Shown here: in pieces, positions 13,832-27,700 of the stretch | Numbering within the stretch: the first letter of the stretch is position 1 | Layout of the letters: every line of letters starts with the position of its first letter | NCBI RefSeq assembly: GCF_037042905.1 | Contig: NC_087251.1 | Location: 12,772,001-12,836,000, forward strand | DNA length: 64,000 bases | Direction: 5' to 3' | From: Lytechinus pictus | Lineage: Eukaryota | The notes under the pieces: generated by a model | Database searches by the model: none | Told to the model about the DNA's origin: nothing | The model's input: only the letters and a program-made list of their open reading frames with translations | Program-made: the position numbers and the translations under genes

Positions 13832-14672
13832 GGTGGTTTCAGACCACCTCGAAGTTTGTCAGTTCCAGGTATTTTGGTAATGTGAAAGCAAACTATGCAT
13901 AATTTCCCCGAAAGAAAATACCCGCTAAATAGTAGGTACGAAATTACGAGAACTTTCGCAGGGATTTTTCCAAGGTTGTGGGTATTTTGGCAATCTGAAA
14001 GCAAAGTATGATAACTTGTATCCCATCGATCACCGCGATAAGTTAATTTCCGGTGCATAGCGCGCGCTGTTCGATATGCATGGATATGCAAGGCCTGCCG
14101 AGCGAGCAAGCCGGCGCGGCCGGCCGGCCAGCGCCAGTGCATGCAGCGATAAACATACGTACACTTTTCATGCGACGTGACTCGGGGTTCGACTTTGACT
14201 CGGCAGTTGATTCTTCTTCTTCAAAAATTAGTTTTACGAATTAAGGGTTCTATTTACCGGTATTCTACAATTTCATACCAGATGACATCGCACTAGAGTG
14301 AGGAGGCCACCAAGGCCTTAATTTCAATGTGGAGAGAAATCTAGTGCAATTGCAGATAATGATCAAGGGAACAAATGATTTGCACATACGATCAAGTATA
14401 GTTAGTACGTGCTAGAGCTAGACCGGCCGCAGGCGGATCTCCCGCCCCGGCTGGCCGTCCCACGATCGCGATACGTACCGCTGTTGAAAAGCGCAAGCTT
14501 CTTTGTCTGCTACCAGACAGTACTGCGCATGCTCATAACTTCGAGAAATTTCCCCGAAGAGTGTGTTTCGAGGCGGTCTGAATGCAGAAATAATTATCTG
14601 GTATTTTTTTAGCATGAAAAAGTTCTCGTAATTTAACGGGGATTCTTGAGATCGAGGAGGTTTGAAACCACC
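13832..14672. mobile_element. PIF/Harbinger-like MITE, GC-rich core
   Basis: TIR ggtggtttcagaccacctcga / tcgaggaggtttgaaaccacc; flanks TAA / TAT; related partial copy at 28338-28701. Confidence 0.75.
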
Positions 14673-14696
14673 TATAATGTACAGGACAAATACTAA

Positions 14697-15101
14697 AAGG
14701 AACTCTAGATGTTCAAATACTACCCCGTAACCTTACAGATAAATGCCAGTTTTGCCAGAGTTCGAACAGAATTCCATAAAAGTGTTTGTATGTAGAATTT
14801 AAAAAAAATTGTGCCAAATGGCTCTGAAAGAAATGTGTAATTGCTGAGAAATTAGCAAAACAAGCACGGAATTCTGTAAATTTTTCTAAGCAATATAAAT
14901 ACACTGTCCCACATACATGTATACTTTTCTGTGTTAGTGATCACCAGAATTGTCGGTTTGGAGGTAAGATTTCATGATTTCACAAAGATAAATTAATGTA
15001 CCAGATCTAGATCTATGATAATATGGTGACAATTAACCTTGAATTAAAAGACTTTCTCATGAAATAATTAGTTTGCTGCAACTACTTTCTTTTACCTTTA
15101 A
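14697..15101. mobile_element. Probable TTAA-type MITE (degenerate)
   Basis: Begins (t)aaaaggaactc and ends ttttacctttaa, the same terminal style as the other AAAGG...CCTTTAA elements here. Confidence 0.35.
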
Positions 15102-15754
15102 TATCAACTATTTGTTCTCTCCAAATGAATACTGTCTTCCACAAACTCATGTATCCCTGGAGTCCAGACTGTTGATAAGTCTGCAAAGTTCTGCAGGATC
15201 CTGGTTCCCCTGGACCCAAAATACACATCACCCACTACCTTTGTTTACCTCTGCTTTAGAAACTTCAGAAGTTGGGCATACCCCTGTATGGATATCAATA
15301 TTGATATAAGGGCCAGAAAGGCGCTATGCTTCTCTATGGTACCCATGCCATGCCAGACATGCTCGTGTTTTAATACCGGAAAGGAATAGGAAGTGCGTAC
15401 ATTCCGCAAGAATTTTACAACGCAGGAGGAAATGATGATGGTGGTAGTTGTTTTGTCACCTTGCAAAAGATATCAATGTGACATATGATGTATGTAGCAG
15501 AATATGCAATGATAAAAATAAGTATATGAGTACTACTCTCTAATAATTTCACAAAATCCACAACTAATGTTTTATCAGGCAATAAGCCTTTTTGCAGTTG
15601 CATCTGCACATGAGCAATATGATAAATGGTCATTTTAGTTAAACCATCCAAGTGGTTTTCAAATTCACTGACATATCAAACATTTGTAATTTAATGATTA
15701 TTCAAGTATTCCTTTTAAAATATTTTTTTTATCACATCCATTGAAGAGTACATG

Positions 15755-16569
15755 GGCAGTTCCATAAAATATGTACGTCCGACCCCCTTTATGTGGGAAC
15801 TTCATGAAATTTTCTATCTCTGATTTCTTGTTCTTTTGAAAGTCTGTAATGTTTTCAAAGGACCATGACTTAGACCCCTGTTACATCTGAAAGTTTCCTA
15901 CCCGAGACCCGACCGAGTCCACTTGCAACCTTGACTGGATAATTGGTGGATTAGCTTCGCGAACGGACCGAGTCCGAAATGTGGTCTGTTTACATCACAG
16001 CGTTCATTCCCTCCCCTATCGGTACGGTTTCGAGCGGTATCCGATTGCTGACACCAAAGGGCGCTCTCGATCTAGGCTCTGAATAATTTGCGCGCGCTAA
16101 TTGAAGTTGTTTGATCATTTCCAGAGAGAGTCGAAACGACTCTTTACCTTTACCTTTACCCAAGATTCTGGAAGAATGCTGATGATCCCAGCAGTCGTTG
16201 AAGATATGATTGACTTGAAAAGGATCCGTTTAAAATGCTTCCTTCTTTCCACTCAAATCAAAGACTTTATCAATCACAATTCACATGTCGCATGCCGCAA
16301 AACATTCGAAGAACGACGGGGCTGGGGAGGGGATAGCACGCGCTATGACGTAATTTGACAGCTGGCGAACGGACCGAGATAGGTTCGAAAGCTTGTGTGC
16401 GTTTACATCTATGAATCGGTGGACCGGGGCCAGTTCGCTAAAAGGTGGCCCGAGGTAGGTTTGGGATGTTTACATCTGATTTCTTTCCGACCCGAGGTAG
16501 GCCCGGGCCGGCCCGAGGTAGGGAATCTCTCAGATGTAACAGGGGTCTTGATCATTTTATGGAATTGCC
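15755..16569. mobile_element. Small MITE (TIR ggcagttccataaaat / attttatggaattgcc) hosting a nested insertion
   Basis: 16-bp inverted repeats with one mismatch bracket the 15873-16547 element. Confidence 0.55.
15873..16547. mobile_element. Harbinger-like MITE nested in the previous MITE
   Basis: Perfect TIR gacccctgttacatctga / tcagatgtaacaggggtc; flanks TTA / TTG; internal repeated gtttacatc and ccgag motifs. Confidence 0.8.
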
Positions 16570-17000
16570 TACATGTAACAATAAGTGTTCATAATAAATG
16601 TTTGATGGTAGTATAAATAATTGTCAATGTGTCAAAAGTTGACAATACAAAAAAAAATACAAACTTGATCACTGACATACTATTCTAGTCACCTGGTCTA
16701 TGCTTTGTCTGTTCCTTACATGATGCTAAGTTGGGAAAATTACACATCTTCACTTTGAAAGTATTAGTGCTTATCCTAAGAAAAAAATGCAAGTACAGTG
16801 TAGGTAATTTGGGGGTACTTAGTAATTAACTTACCTTCATGAGGTGAAGACAAAGTTTCTAATTAGGGTGGAATTACAAGAAACTGTTCAGTAGGTCAAA
16901 ATACAATCTATTTTAAATGTGTAGGCCTATATGAATACATAGGCCTACTATTTATAACACTTTTTTGTGATCCTACCATGTATATAGGCCAATATATATA

Positions 17001-17616
17001 TATATCGACGGCGGTCTTCCGAACCGTCGTATCACACATACGACGGTGCAAACCCATTTCAGAGAAAATCGACTTCAAAGTTTACTATAATTTTCACATC
17101 TAGATCCCCAGCTGTAAAACATATTGATTGCTCGAAAAATACATGGTTTGAAAGACCAAGACAATTACTAGACAATGGTATCCTTATTTTTACACAAAAG
17201 CAAGGATCAGAGAAAATATCGCAAAAGAGCTACATGCTTGTAATTTCGGTTTGAGCGGTTTAGATTTCCCTCGTACAAAAACGCCATAGGGAATTCAACA
17301 ACCCTGACCGCTATTTCAATGCGCGCGGTCAGTCAAAACGTCGTATCGCTTTTCACGTGCAAAGTCAATACAGTGCAGGTGGCCGATACGACAGTTTGGC
17401 TGACCGCGCGCATTGAAATCGCGGTCAGTCAAAACGTCGTATCGCTCTGTTACGGTACACGTTTCCAATGGGATTTCCGCATTTTATTTTAAAAATGTAT
17501 GACATCGCCGTAAAAATCCTGTCATATCTCAGAAAATAAAATAAATTGCTGCCTAGAAATTTAGTTATGAATAGAGTAGGACTTGTACTTTAATTTTCTG
17601 CAGAAATCTCAAAATC

Positions 17617-17692
<76 letters not shown>

Positions 17693-17737
17693 CAAAGTTT
17701 GACTGATACGACGGTTCGGATGACCGCCGACGATATA
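17001..17737 (+). mobile_element. Full-length TA-flanked MITE (~34-bp TIR) with an internal ~70-nt poly(T)
   Basis: tatatcgacggcggtcttccgaaccgtcgtatca / tgatacgacggttcggatgaccgccgacgatata; internal direct repeat cgcggtcagtcaaaacgtcgtatcgct; second copy at 6813. Confidence 0.9.
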
Positions 17738-18524
17738 TGCATTGTACATTTTTAACACATGGACCGTGCAGAATCAATGTGATCATTTCTCAAATTGAGC
17801 TTTGCAGTTTATACATGGCCATCAACATGCCAATTCTGTTTTTTCCTACTACTAATTATTGAAGGTGAATATTGCCAAAGTTAAACCATCTTTTTAGTAT
17901 AGTTTGCAGTCTGGACACTTGTATAAACTATTTCATTACTAAATTGAATCCTGTCCAAATAGAAACGAACAAAATACTATGCTTTAGAGATAAAAATGAT
18001 AAACCCATCCAGACTTTTTCCTTTCCAAACTGATGAATTGCCCATATATTCCAAACATCTGCAGGTATTCAATATCATTTATTATGCATGGAATAGGCTT
18101 ATACAGGTCAAAACTTTAATGAATAGTAATCTTCGGAAGTGCAGGGAATGTCTTAAGTTTCATCTCTCAGTGTCATTAAAGAGCAAAGCTTTTAAAATTG
18201 ATTGAGTTTTATCAAAATTGTATCCATCTAGATAGATGGAAGGCTGAATAGATCGTCAAATATAAACCTAAAATGTAATTGACCACCATACCATATTTCA
18301 TATGGGAAAAATTCTGTATCAATTTGACATTTAGAAGCAACCATAACAAGTAAACTGATACTCGAGACTTGCTCAATGTAGAATTTAAAAATGTTTTGTC
18401 CTCCCTTTCTTTTCAAATAATAAAAAGTGGCATGTACACTTAAGTATAATTCATATTTTCATTTCATACAGGCCAAAGAAAGTGTAAATTCTTTTTTAAC
18501 AATCAATCCCCCTCCCCATCTACA

Positions 18525-19947
18525 GACAAGTCCACCCCAACAAAAAGTTAATTTTAATAAAAAGAGGAAAATCCAACAAGCATACACTGAAAATTTCATC
18601 AAAATTTGATGTAAAATAAGAAAGTTATGACATTTTAAAGTTTTGCTTAAATTCACAAAACAGTTATTTGCACATCCTGGTCGGTATGCAAATGAGGAGA
18701 CCAACCAAAAAATTACTTTTTTTCTTTCCAGGGCTCTTTTTGGAGAAACTTAAAAATTTTCCAGGGCTACTTTTTCCTTTTCCAGGGCTCTTTTTCCACT
18801 TTCCAGGGCTACAATTTCTGGAGCTATTTCGCGGCTTTTTTGCGTTTGTGTGTGTGTGTCTGTGTGTGTGTATGTGTGTGTGTATATATATACACGGTAG
18901 CTAGCATATACGGTGTAATCATACGCGTGTACTGTACATGCGATCGCGACGAAGCTTCGAAGCAGCGCAGCGCGAGCTAGCGAGAAGTACGTACCGGTAC
19001 CATCTCGAATTCATAGGCACATGTACCACATGCACTATTCACGCCCGTAAACAGAGATTCACAGGTAAGTTCTCTTAGCTGACACGATCCTATGATGGAC
19101 TCGCGTGCGCTGAAATGAGCAATGTTATTGTGCCACTGTATCTTGTATTTGCTTGTGTGACTCTGCGGGCAGCTCCGCAGTGATTTACGTACATATATAC
19201 GTGATGTTCGCAACTGCAGTCGGGCAATGAGTTTGGGATTTTGTAGCACAATTGGTGTGTGCGTAGGAAACAGCTCAAGATTGTAATATAAGCGGTCACA
19301 CGCAAATGCAAACAAGTACACATTTAAATGCAATATAATGTATAATTTAAATGCAATCACGTACGTATGCATGAAATGCTACATAAATATACAGTGTTGA
19401 CGGGGGCGATTATGAGTTTTGCAGTCGCCCTCGTGTGAATGTTTTTAGCCCTTTTCCTGGGCTCTTTTTGGACTTTCCGGGGCGAATTCGCCCGCCGCCC
19501 CCGTGTAATTTTTTGGTTGGAGGAGACTGATGATGTCATCCACTCACTTTCTTTTGTATTTTATTTTGAGAAATATGAAATATTCTAATTTTCTCCTCAT
19601 CGTCAACTGAAACAACATTTAATTCCTCCATGAACATGTGGAATTAGCATCGTTTAATACTATATGGTTCAGTCAACTTGATCCATATTGTCAAATCTGT
19701 AAAAAATGAAATATTGTATAATTCAAACAATAAAAAACAAAAGTAAAAGTGAGTGAAGGAAATCATGGACTGTCTCATTTACATGTCGCTGAGTTGTGCA
19801 TATCACTGTTTTGTGAAAAATAAGCAAAACTTTAAAATATCATAACTTTCTTATTTTACATCAAATTTTGATGAAATTTTCAGCGTTGTGTTATTTTTAT
19901 TTTCTCTATTAATTCAAATCAACATTTTTCTGGGGTGGACTTGACCT
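18525..19947 (+). mobile_element. TTAA-type foldback MITE, family 'aggacaagtccacccc', interrupted by an 818-bp insertion
   Basis: Colinear with the intact copy at 33293-33891 once 18702-19527 is removed; ends ggggtggacttgacct|ttaa. Confidence 0.85.
18702..19519. mobile_element. Non-autonomous DNA transposon, 15-bp TIR, 8-bp TSD (hAT- or P-like)
   Basis: Perfect TIR caaccaaaaaattac / gtaattttttggttg; perfect TSD GAGGAGAC at 18694-18701 and 19520-19527; subterminal tttccagggct repeats. Confidence 0.9.
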
Positions 19948-20069
19948 TTAAGATTGAATTTTGCAACATCTTGTAACTTGCCAATTGCCATGATACAATG
20001 AATCTGTTAATAGTGTTTGGTATGAAGAATAAAAATTAAGAGAAATAATTATTTTTATCTCATTATCAA

Positions 20070-20666
20070 AGGACAAGTCCACCTCAGTAAAAAGTTGATT
20101 TAAATAAAAAGATAAAATTCCAACAAGCATAACACTGAAAATTTCATCAAAATCGGACGTAAAATAAGAAAGTTATGACATTTTAAAGTTTCGCTTATTT
20201 TTCTTAAAATAGTTATATGCACAATTTAGTCAAATGCAAGTGAAAGAATCGATGATGTCCCTCACTCACTATTTTATTTAATTTTTTAATGATTATAATA
20301 TTTCAATTTTTACAGATTTGACAATAAGGACCAACTTGACTGAACCATATAATGTTAAACAATGGTAATTCCACATGTTCAGGGAGAAATAAAACTTTGT
20401 TTCACAGGACAATGAGGAGAAAATTAGAATATTTCATATTACATATAATAAAATACAAAAGAAAAAGTGAGTGAGTGATGTCATCAGTTCCCTCATTTGC
20501 ATACAGATCAGGATGTGCATATAACTATTATGTGAAATTAAGTGAAAATTAAAAATGTCATAACTTTCTTATTTTACATCCGATTTTGATGAAATTTTCA
20601 GTGTTATTCTTGTTGGATTTTTATCTTTTTATTCAAATCATCTTTTTGTTGGGGTGGACTTGTCCT
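20070..20666 (-). mobile_element. TTAA-type foldback MITE, same family as 18525 and 33293, opposite orientation
   Basis: aggacaagtccacc...ggggtggacttgtcct|ttaa with long inverted arms. Confidence 0.9.
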
Positions 20667-23186
20667 TTAAAATGAAAAATTCAACCCAGATATACATTAA
20701 ACTCTCAATTTTCATGTAATCAATACATCAAAACATGTAAAAATATTGTAATTTTTGGTTAGCATTTATTACTCTAATATCATTGATTGAAAGTACAAGT
20801 AACTGTAGCTCTACCTCCATGCTAGAACTAATATAATTTGAAACAGATAATTTTCAAGTATTTTACAAATTTTTTTTATTTGTGAATATTTCCTAGATAT
20901 TAAAATATACAGCGTTTAGATTGTATCATTCAAGTACAAAAATTTACGATTTTTTAAAAACAAATCCTGAAAGATCAGTATTATGAAACAGTACAACAGT
21001 GTATGTATAATGTGCCTTAAACATGTAATCACAAACCGACTGTACAATACATGTACCAGTAGGTCCATGGTAATAATTAATTGATCCATTGTTTATAATC
21101 AACTTAACCTTCAACTTGCCTTCAACTTAGCCTTAAATTTAACCTTCTAAATACAATATAGGCCTACAAGTATATGTAAATGTACCTTTCATCATCTCAG
21201 TAATGGACTAATGGAGTGTATTGTATAAATGTATGTAGGCCTATATACATAAAAATAATTAACTCTTTCAATCACTTCAATTATAAAATAGTGAGCGACT
21301 ATATTTGAAATATTTGAAACTATAGTTCTATTTAAAAAAAAACACTTCCACAAGTTTCACTCTAAAAAAAAATAATGTAAACCACTCTGGGATATTAAGA
21401 AAAAAAAAATCACACAATTTTTGCAGTGTAATTATTTAAGTTCGCTCTTGAAACAAGTACAGCTGTAATAAAAGAAATTTTTTTTATCCCTTGACACGAT
21501 CACTTTTCTACATGTATAAAAAAAATTCAAGATCAGTTACAATTACGATTTATTAAAATTATTACTGCAAATTCAACAAAATATTGCATCATACTGTACA
21601 TCCTATTCTATTCAAATCAATATGTTATATGTCCTACATAAATCGCTATAATATATAACAGTTAAACAGGTATGTACATGTAGTTCAAACCCCTGAACAG
21701 CCATCATTACCAAGAGGTCACTATTCTTGCATTTGTATGAGTACATGTACCATTATCAGAAGGAAATTTGAACAGCCAAGTTTAATGAAGCAAATAGCGA
21801 TGTACATGTATATAATCAATAATGTTGGCATAATGCAAATTTTTTCGCGTGACTCCATAACGTATGGCATTAATTAAGTACATGTGAACTTGCACATGTT
21901 GAGTCTTACTCAAGAGAGTGCGAAAAGGTGCAGTTCACTACACAAATAGGCCTAAACGTTGTAAATAATGCTAATGTGGTCTACTCACGTACAGTGAAAA
22001 TAACTTCCTTGTTATGATGTACTTTCATTTGTATTAGCATTTATAAGAAAAAAAACCTGATATTGAATCCAGTACTATATATTCTGAGAAAAACATGAGG
22101 CTAGTACACATCAATTTTTTATACGTATACACAGAAACTAAATTTTTCCCCTGAGCTAAAAATGTAGATTATACACGAAGGTCTTTTTTTTATAAAAGAG
22201 AGAGTGAACTATTTATTTCTTAATATGTAATGCACATTGTCTAAGCTTCAATGCAAAATAAAGCCAGCTATTCTGAAATGTACAATTAATCCCTTCACCA
22301 ACATTTCAATGGTGAATATACAAAATGGCCAGAACAGAATTTGTTATGTACAGTATCAATAGCAGGTGTCAATGTCAATGTACACAAGTAAAAGCTGGAG
22401 TATGAGAGCAATGGAATTGTAATGAACAAGAAAAACACTTGTGGCATGTTCAGTCTATTAAAACAAACACTTGAGCAATGTACATTACACACAACGTTCT
22501 CGCCAGGTTCATTCTGACGCTTGGCGGCGCGAAGCGATGATACGCAAGCCGCGCAGCGGCCTTGGTGCGTGCGAAGCACGCACGGGGGGAGGGTCGCGGG
22601 AGGGGGGTGTCCCCCCTCCCGCGCGGAGCGCGGTAGCTATCGAAAATATCAATATCGACGAGCTTAGATTGCTGCTAAATGCACCACATTTTATGTCTAT
22701 TTAATGCTTCTCCGGCCACACAGCCGTAACGGTTGCGCGAATTGCGATCGATTGAAGCAGAAAGGCAAGTACTGATGAAAAAGGTCAAAAGAAAAGATTT
22801 AAATTCAATCTCATTTTATACTTACAGTTTATAGATTTATTCACATCAATGACATCGATAATGTACTCCATACTTTCCAATGTCTAGATCGCTACGTCCT
22901 TAGAAAGTGCGATTCATTTTGTGAATGCGTGTCAATGACCGACTACATCTACGGACCGCATGCGCGCCGCGCCACGCCCTTACTCAATCCAAAGATTGTT
23001 CCGACTTTGTTTGGAAGCCTCGGAAGAAAACTTCCGAGGCTTCCAAATAATGGGCATCGGTATTCATGAGACGATATAATTTGCATGTTTGTTTTGTTTT
23101 CAGATACTCACTGAAACTATGACTCTCATAATTAAGACTTCTGCTGATGATGTTTATACTAATAATATCCAATCAAGATTCGTTTA

Positions 23187-23584
23187 TCACTGTCAATTAT
23201 TGCTATGTTCATTTGTATTGTTCTATACTCGCCTATAAAATAATGAATGTGTCCATCACGAGCGGGAGAAATATTTTTAGTCATTCATCATACTTTAATA
23301 TTACGATTTTGTTCTTATTATAATTAATTGCGATTTAAAATGTTTTAAAAGTAAAGCTTAATTGACAGGAAAGTAGATTTATACTCACTGTCAATTATTC
23401 CTATATGTTCATTTGTATTGTTCTATACTCGCCTATAAAATAATGAATGTGTCCATCACGAGCGGGAGAAATATTTTTAGTCATTCATCATACTTTAATA
23501 TTACGATTTTGTTCTTATTATAATTAATTGTGATTTAAAATGTTTTGAAAGTAAAGCTTAATTGACAGGAAAGCAGATTTGTAT
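23187..23584. repeat. Near-identical 198-bp tandem duplication
   Basis: tcactgtcaattatt... starts at both 23187 and 23385. Confidence 0.9.
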
Positions 23585-24461
23585 TTTTAAATAATGCACT
23601 ATGTAGGCCTACAAATACAGCGTGTGTGAAAGAGAGGAAGAGGGGGGGGGGGGTTGTAGCTAGGATGGTCGAAGGGGGAGCGCGAAAGGGGAGGGGTCGT
23701 GGCGTGGACAATGACAAGGGGATGTTGAGATCGTACGTGTGTGTGGGATTGGTGAAGAAGTCAATATTCGAAGCGAATGCATATTTATAGACATGTCTAT
23801 ACTACTACTGATGATGACGGCTGAATAATCTTTCTTTACATGTATATTTTGGCGATTTTAAATTTTTTTAATATTTTCTTGCACCATGAGTGGGAAGATC
23901 GAGGTACGTGATTCAATAAATTGCATCAGTTTTCAAGTTACAGAAATTCACGAACAGATTATTAAAATTGAAAAAAAAAAGAGTCAGAAAGATCTTTTTA
24001 TAGCCCCCATCCAGCGTATAAACAACATGAAGAATATTTGAGGTCACGAAACCAGCTGATTCGCATTCATACAACAGGTTAACAGGTCACGCACATGGTA
24101 CACAGTCATTCCAAGGGCGGGAATTCGGGGAAACCCGTTTTCAAGCACAATGATTGGCTCAACCCAGAAAGTGAATACTAATTAGATCACGTGCCATCGG
24201 CTTTGGGGCGTCTCGTTCACATTCCAACTCATTTCATAAATATAATCCACTCGCAGTAATTAGGCTAACGACGTTGTAAAGATAACTCTATATATAAAAC
24301 ACAATTCCGATATAAAACATATATAACGACATAAGTGAAATTGAAAAATTCATCCAGCGATATTCAAATTATACTAGCGACTCATGTGGGCGTGGGCAAA
24401 CGAAATACATATCCTCTAAAACGTTCACACATATCAACTTCAATAATTCGTACTTGAAATG

Positions 24462-24776
24462 CAGGGGCCGCGGAAAGGTCTTGAAAGTGGGGGGGGGGGG
24501 GCTGACCACCATGCAAAAAACGCAATCAGGGGAGCGTATATGTAAGGACCTGTCGGACGTTTTATCCGACAAGTCCCATTTCATCCGACAGTTACCATAG
24601 TAACAATGCTTCTTAGCCAATCAACATCAAGAAAAGTTGTCAGGTCTGACAACTTGTCGGACAAAAATGATGATGAAACGGGCCCCCGGTGGTCCTGTTT
24701 TTGTACATGGTTTTGGAAAAAAAAGTGGGGGAGCTGAAGCCCACCCAGCCCCCCCCCCCCTGTTTCCGCGGCCCTG
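24462..24776. mobile_element. hAT-like MITE nested in the 3.8-kb element
   Basis: caggggccgcggaaa / tttccgcggccctg with AAATG on both sides; G and C runs inside; contains a fragment of another gggccc-ended repeat. Confidence 0.7.
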
Positions 24777-27700
24777 AAATGAATATCTGTGAATGAATTG
24801 TCAATTCCACTTTGTTGAATGTGTACTTTTATTGAAATCTATTGAATCACGTACCCCTCCCGACCAAGTCCAAGGGTTGATTTTCCACTCGCCATAAAGA
24901 TTATGCAGCCACAATCACAGTAGACACATCCATAAAAGAATATTAATTTAATTCGCTCCGAACATTGACTTCTTTTCGCCAATCCCCTCCCCCACAAAGT
25001 CACAAACATCCCATCATTTTCATTTACATTGCCCACGACCACCTCCCATTATTCTCTTTCTCCTTTACACAAATTAATTTCAAATAATATTTTATTTTAA
25101 ATCGTAGTTGTTACCGGGAGTTGTTAAGCAATTGTACAACAAATTCATGAAGCATTCACTGTAATGACTAATTGGCAGGCAAAGAGTAATAAAGAACAAT
25201 ACAAATGAAAATACACTGTACGTATAACTCACATTAAAAAATGAGTCGTAATATGATAAAAAGCGTGAATAAAATTAATAAAGATTATTACTTATGAAAA
25301 TTATAACAGATTCAATGAATATCTGAAGAAAAAAAAAACATTCAAATCGGTTTTGGATCCCATCTAATTTTGGAAGACTCGGATAGATTTTGATGCCATG
25401 TGCGATTTGTATTATGTATATGTGGCCATGGCGAGCGCTAGTGCAGTGACACAGAACTTGGTAGACACACCGTCGCGAAATTAATCAACACTTTCAAAAG
25501 ATCGATGTAGAGATCAAGACTTTGGAAATTATGGAGTAAAATTGGAATATAAATGTGAATAATCATTTTGCTGTGAGTAAATGAGTTGGACATTATATCA
25601 ATCCATTCATGTGGCTGTGGCTTTGTCATTATTAACGTGATCTTTTAATAATTTTCTCAATTCGTTCTACGGCAGTGTCATCAGAAATGCATTCAATGAA
25701 TTCATGTAGATGTAGCTATAATAAGGCTGGGGCCTGGGACGAGATGAAACTAAATTTCGATCGAATTTTTATATTATTTTTTGACACACTTTACTTTTGA
25801 CAAAATAAATGACAATATCAACTGAAATTCGTAACATCTAAATTACATTGCCCAACCCAGTAACCCACGGTACCCCTCTCTTCTCACTTTATTTTTGAGC
25901 GTATTTTACTACCATTTTAAAGACGTAAATAATGAGAGCAATGCGATATCGATACGCAAATGCGAGGTTAACATCTTCGCACTTCCCACATAAGAGAGAG
26001 AGAGTTAAATTGGGCCTCGAGTCAAGGTCGTATCGTATACAGCATAGTAGCGAAGCAAAGAAATCCCGGGAAGAAATCGTGGAAGAAATAATCGACAAGT
26101 TTATTTTAGGATCTGAAAAGCAGATTGTTTTTATTTTAAATATATTATTCAGTTTTGTGTGTGGATCTAGGCCTGTTTTACAGTTGTCGGCCACGGTTGT
26201 CGGGGAAGTTCACGGTTGGCGGATTTGCCCTGAAAATTTTCAGGGTTGTCGGCGCCCGCCAACCGTGACGCGTGGTAGCGAGAACGTAGATTACACATTA
26301 TGACAAACATAGGGCTAGTCTGAAAAGATATTTTGAAGCTTCTGTTTAAAGACGACTAAAGTCTACACTAGGTGGTTTACATGGTTATTTCAAACCTCTT
26401 TCCTATCGAGATCAAACTAAGAATGGCTTAAGAAAGCACTTTGGCCCAGCCAAATTTTGGATTAGGGAAAGAGGCATTACAGATCCACTCAGGAGTGAAG
26501 ATAGCCTGACCAAGATCCAAGGTTTTCTGAACACATATTAAAGGGCTGAAGAACTTGACAACATGATTTCTGATCTTCATGTTGAAAATACTGGACACCT
26601 GAAAAACTTACAAGTGCTCTGGCCCCTGTGAAATAGAGACAGACAACTATATTTAGGTTCTCTTCTAAAGTAATTTCAAGTGGAGGTTCAACTATATTTC
26701 GACTAACGACACTCTGACATAGCAACATACCAGATTCATTAATTCCACTTTTTGTATCAAAACAGGATCCTCGCTGTAAGGTCCATCAGAGAGAACTCAA
26801 AGCTGTATGGTACATGTATGTTTGGATAGTTCCAAGTAGTCATGCTTTCTTCTCATAGCCATGCAAAACAAGTGAATGAATTGTACTGTGTTCTATAACA
26901 TCAAACGCAAAGAAGCCATCAAAGTATTCATGTGGCTTACTTAAAATAGCTTTCTGTCATGAAATAAATGCATGACTGGGCTATAATAATTGTAAAAAGC
27001 TATCAAAATACCAGTATATCTTTCAACAAAAAAACAAACAAACAGACAAGCTCTATTGAATCAAAGGAAGGCCTACATGTATGCTTAAGCATGGACCTAC
27101 TACTCTGACAAGGTCCGTGGCGTAAGGATAATAGTTTCTCCACATACATGTAGAACTGGAAGCACATTACACAACAGATCCTACTTTCTACAAACTACAA
27201 AGATGTCTGAGTAACATGTTGTTTGTAGAGGAAGTCTATATAGGCCTAAACTGTAAAAAAAAATTATCAGTCAAGAAAGTGATCTTATTGAAAAAATCAA
27301 AATTAATCATAAACTCATATTAAGCATGAATCATGAATGTTTTATTTTGTATTCCAAAACATAAACCTTAACATTACTCAATTAAATGAATGCACACGAG
27401 TGCCCTGAGACAGTTATGAATATGGGTACAAACAGTTAAGGGTACAAAATAAAAATGTGTTTTATTGGATGAATGTGGCAATTTTGCAGGAAAAATTATT
27501 TTGGTTTATAGGTGCCTGATCATATCTCTGACAAACAGCAACATGGATAAGCAGACGTTGGCACAAACTGTACAAAGACTTGTCCAAAGGCAGAATACCC
27601 GGTAGTTTGTGTGTTTTTCCAATAACTGAGCAGTGAGCAATTGCACCTTTTGAATCAGAATCATTTGGCATTTGATGGTAATTTTGTTTTAAATTGAATT

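Larger units (their letters stand above)
22492..26289. mobile_element. 3.8-kb non-coding DNA transposon, 14-bp TIR, 8-bp TSD
   Basis: caacgttctcgcca / tagcgagaacgtag (12/14 match); perfect TSD ATTACACA at 22484-22491 and 26290-26297; GC/CpG-rich subtermini; no transposase ORF. Confidence 0.8.

Noticed and set aside
17565-17786. Poly-Lys ORF
   Set aside because: Poly(T) run inside a MITE; its length may also be an assembly artifact.
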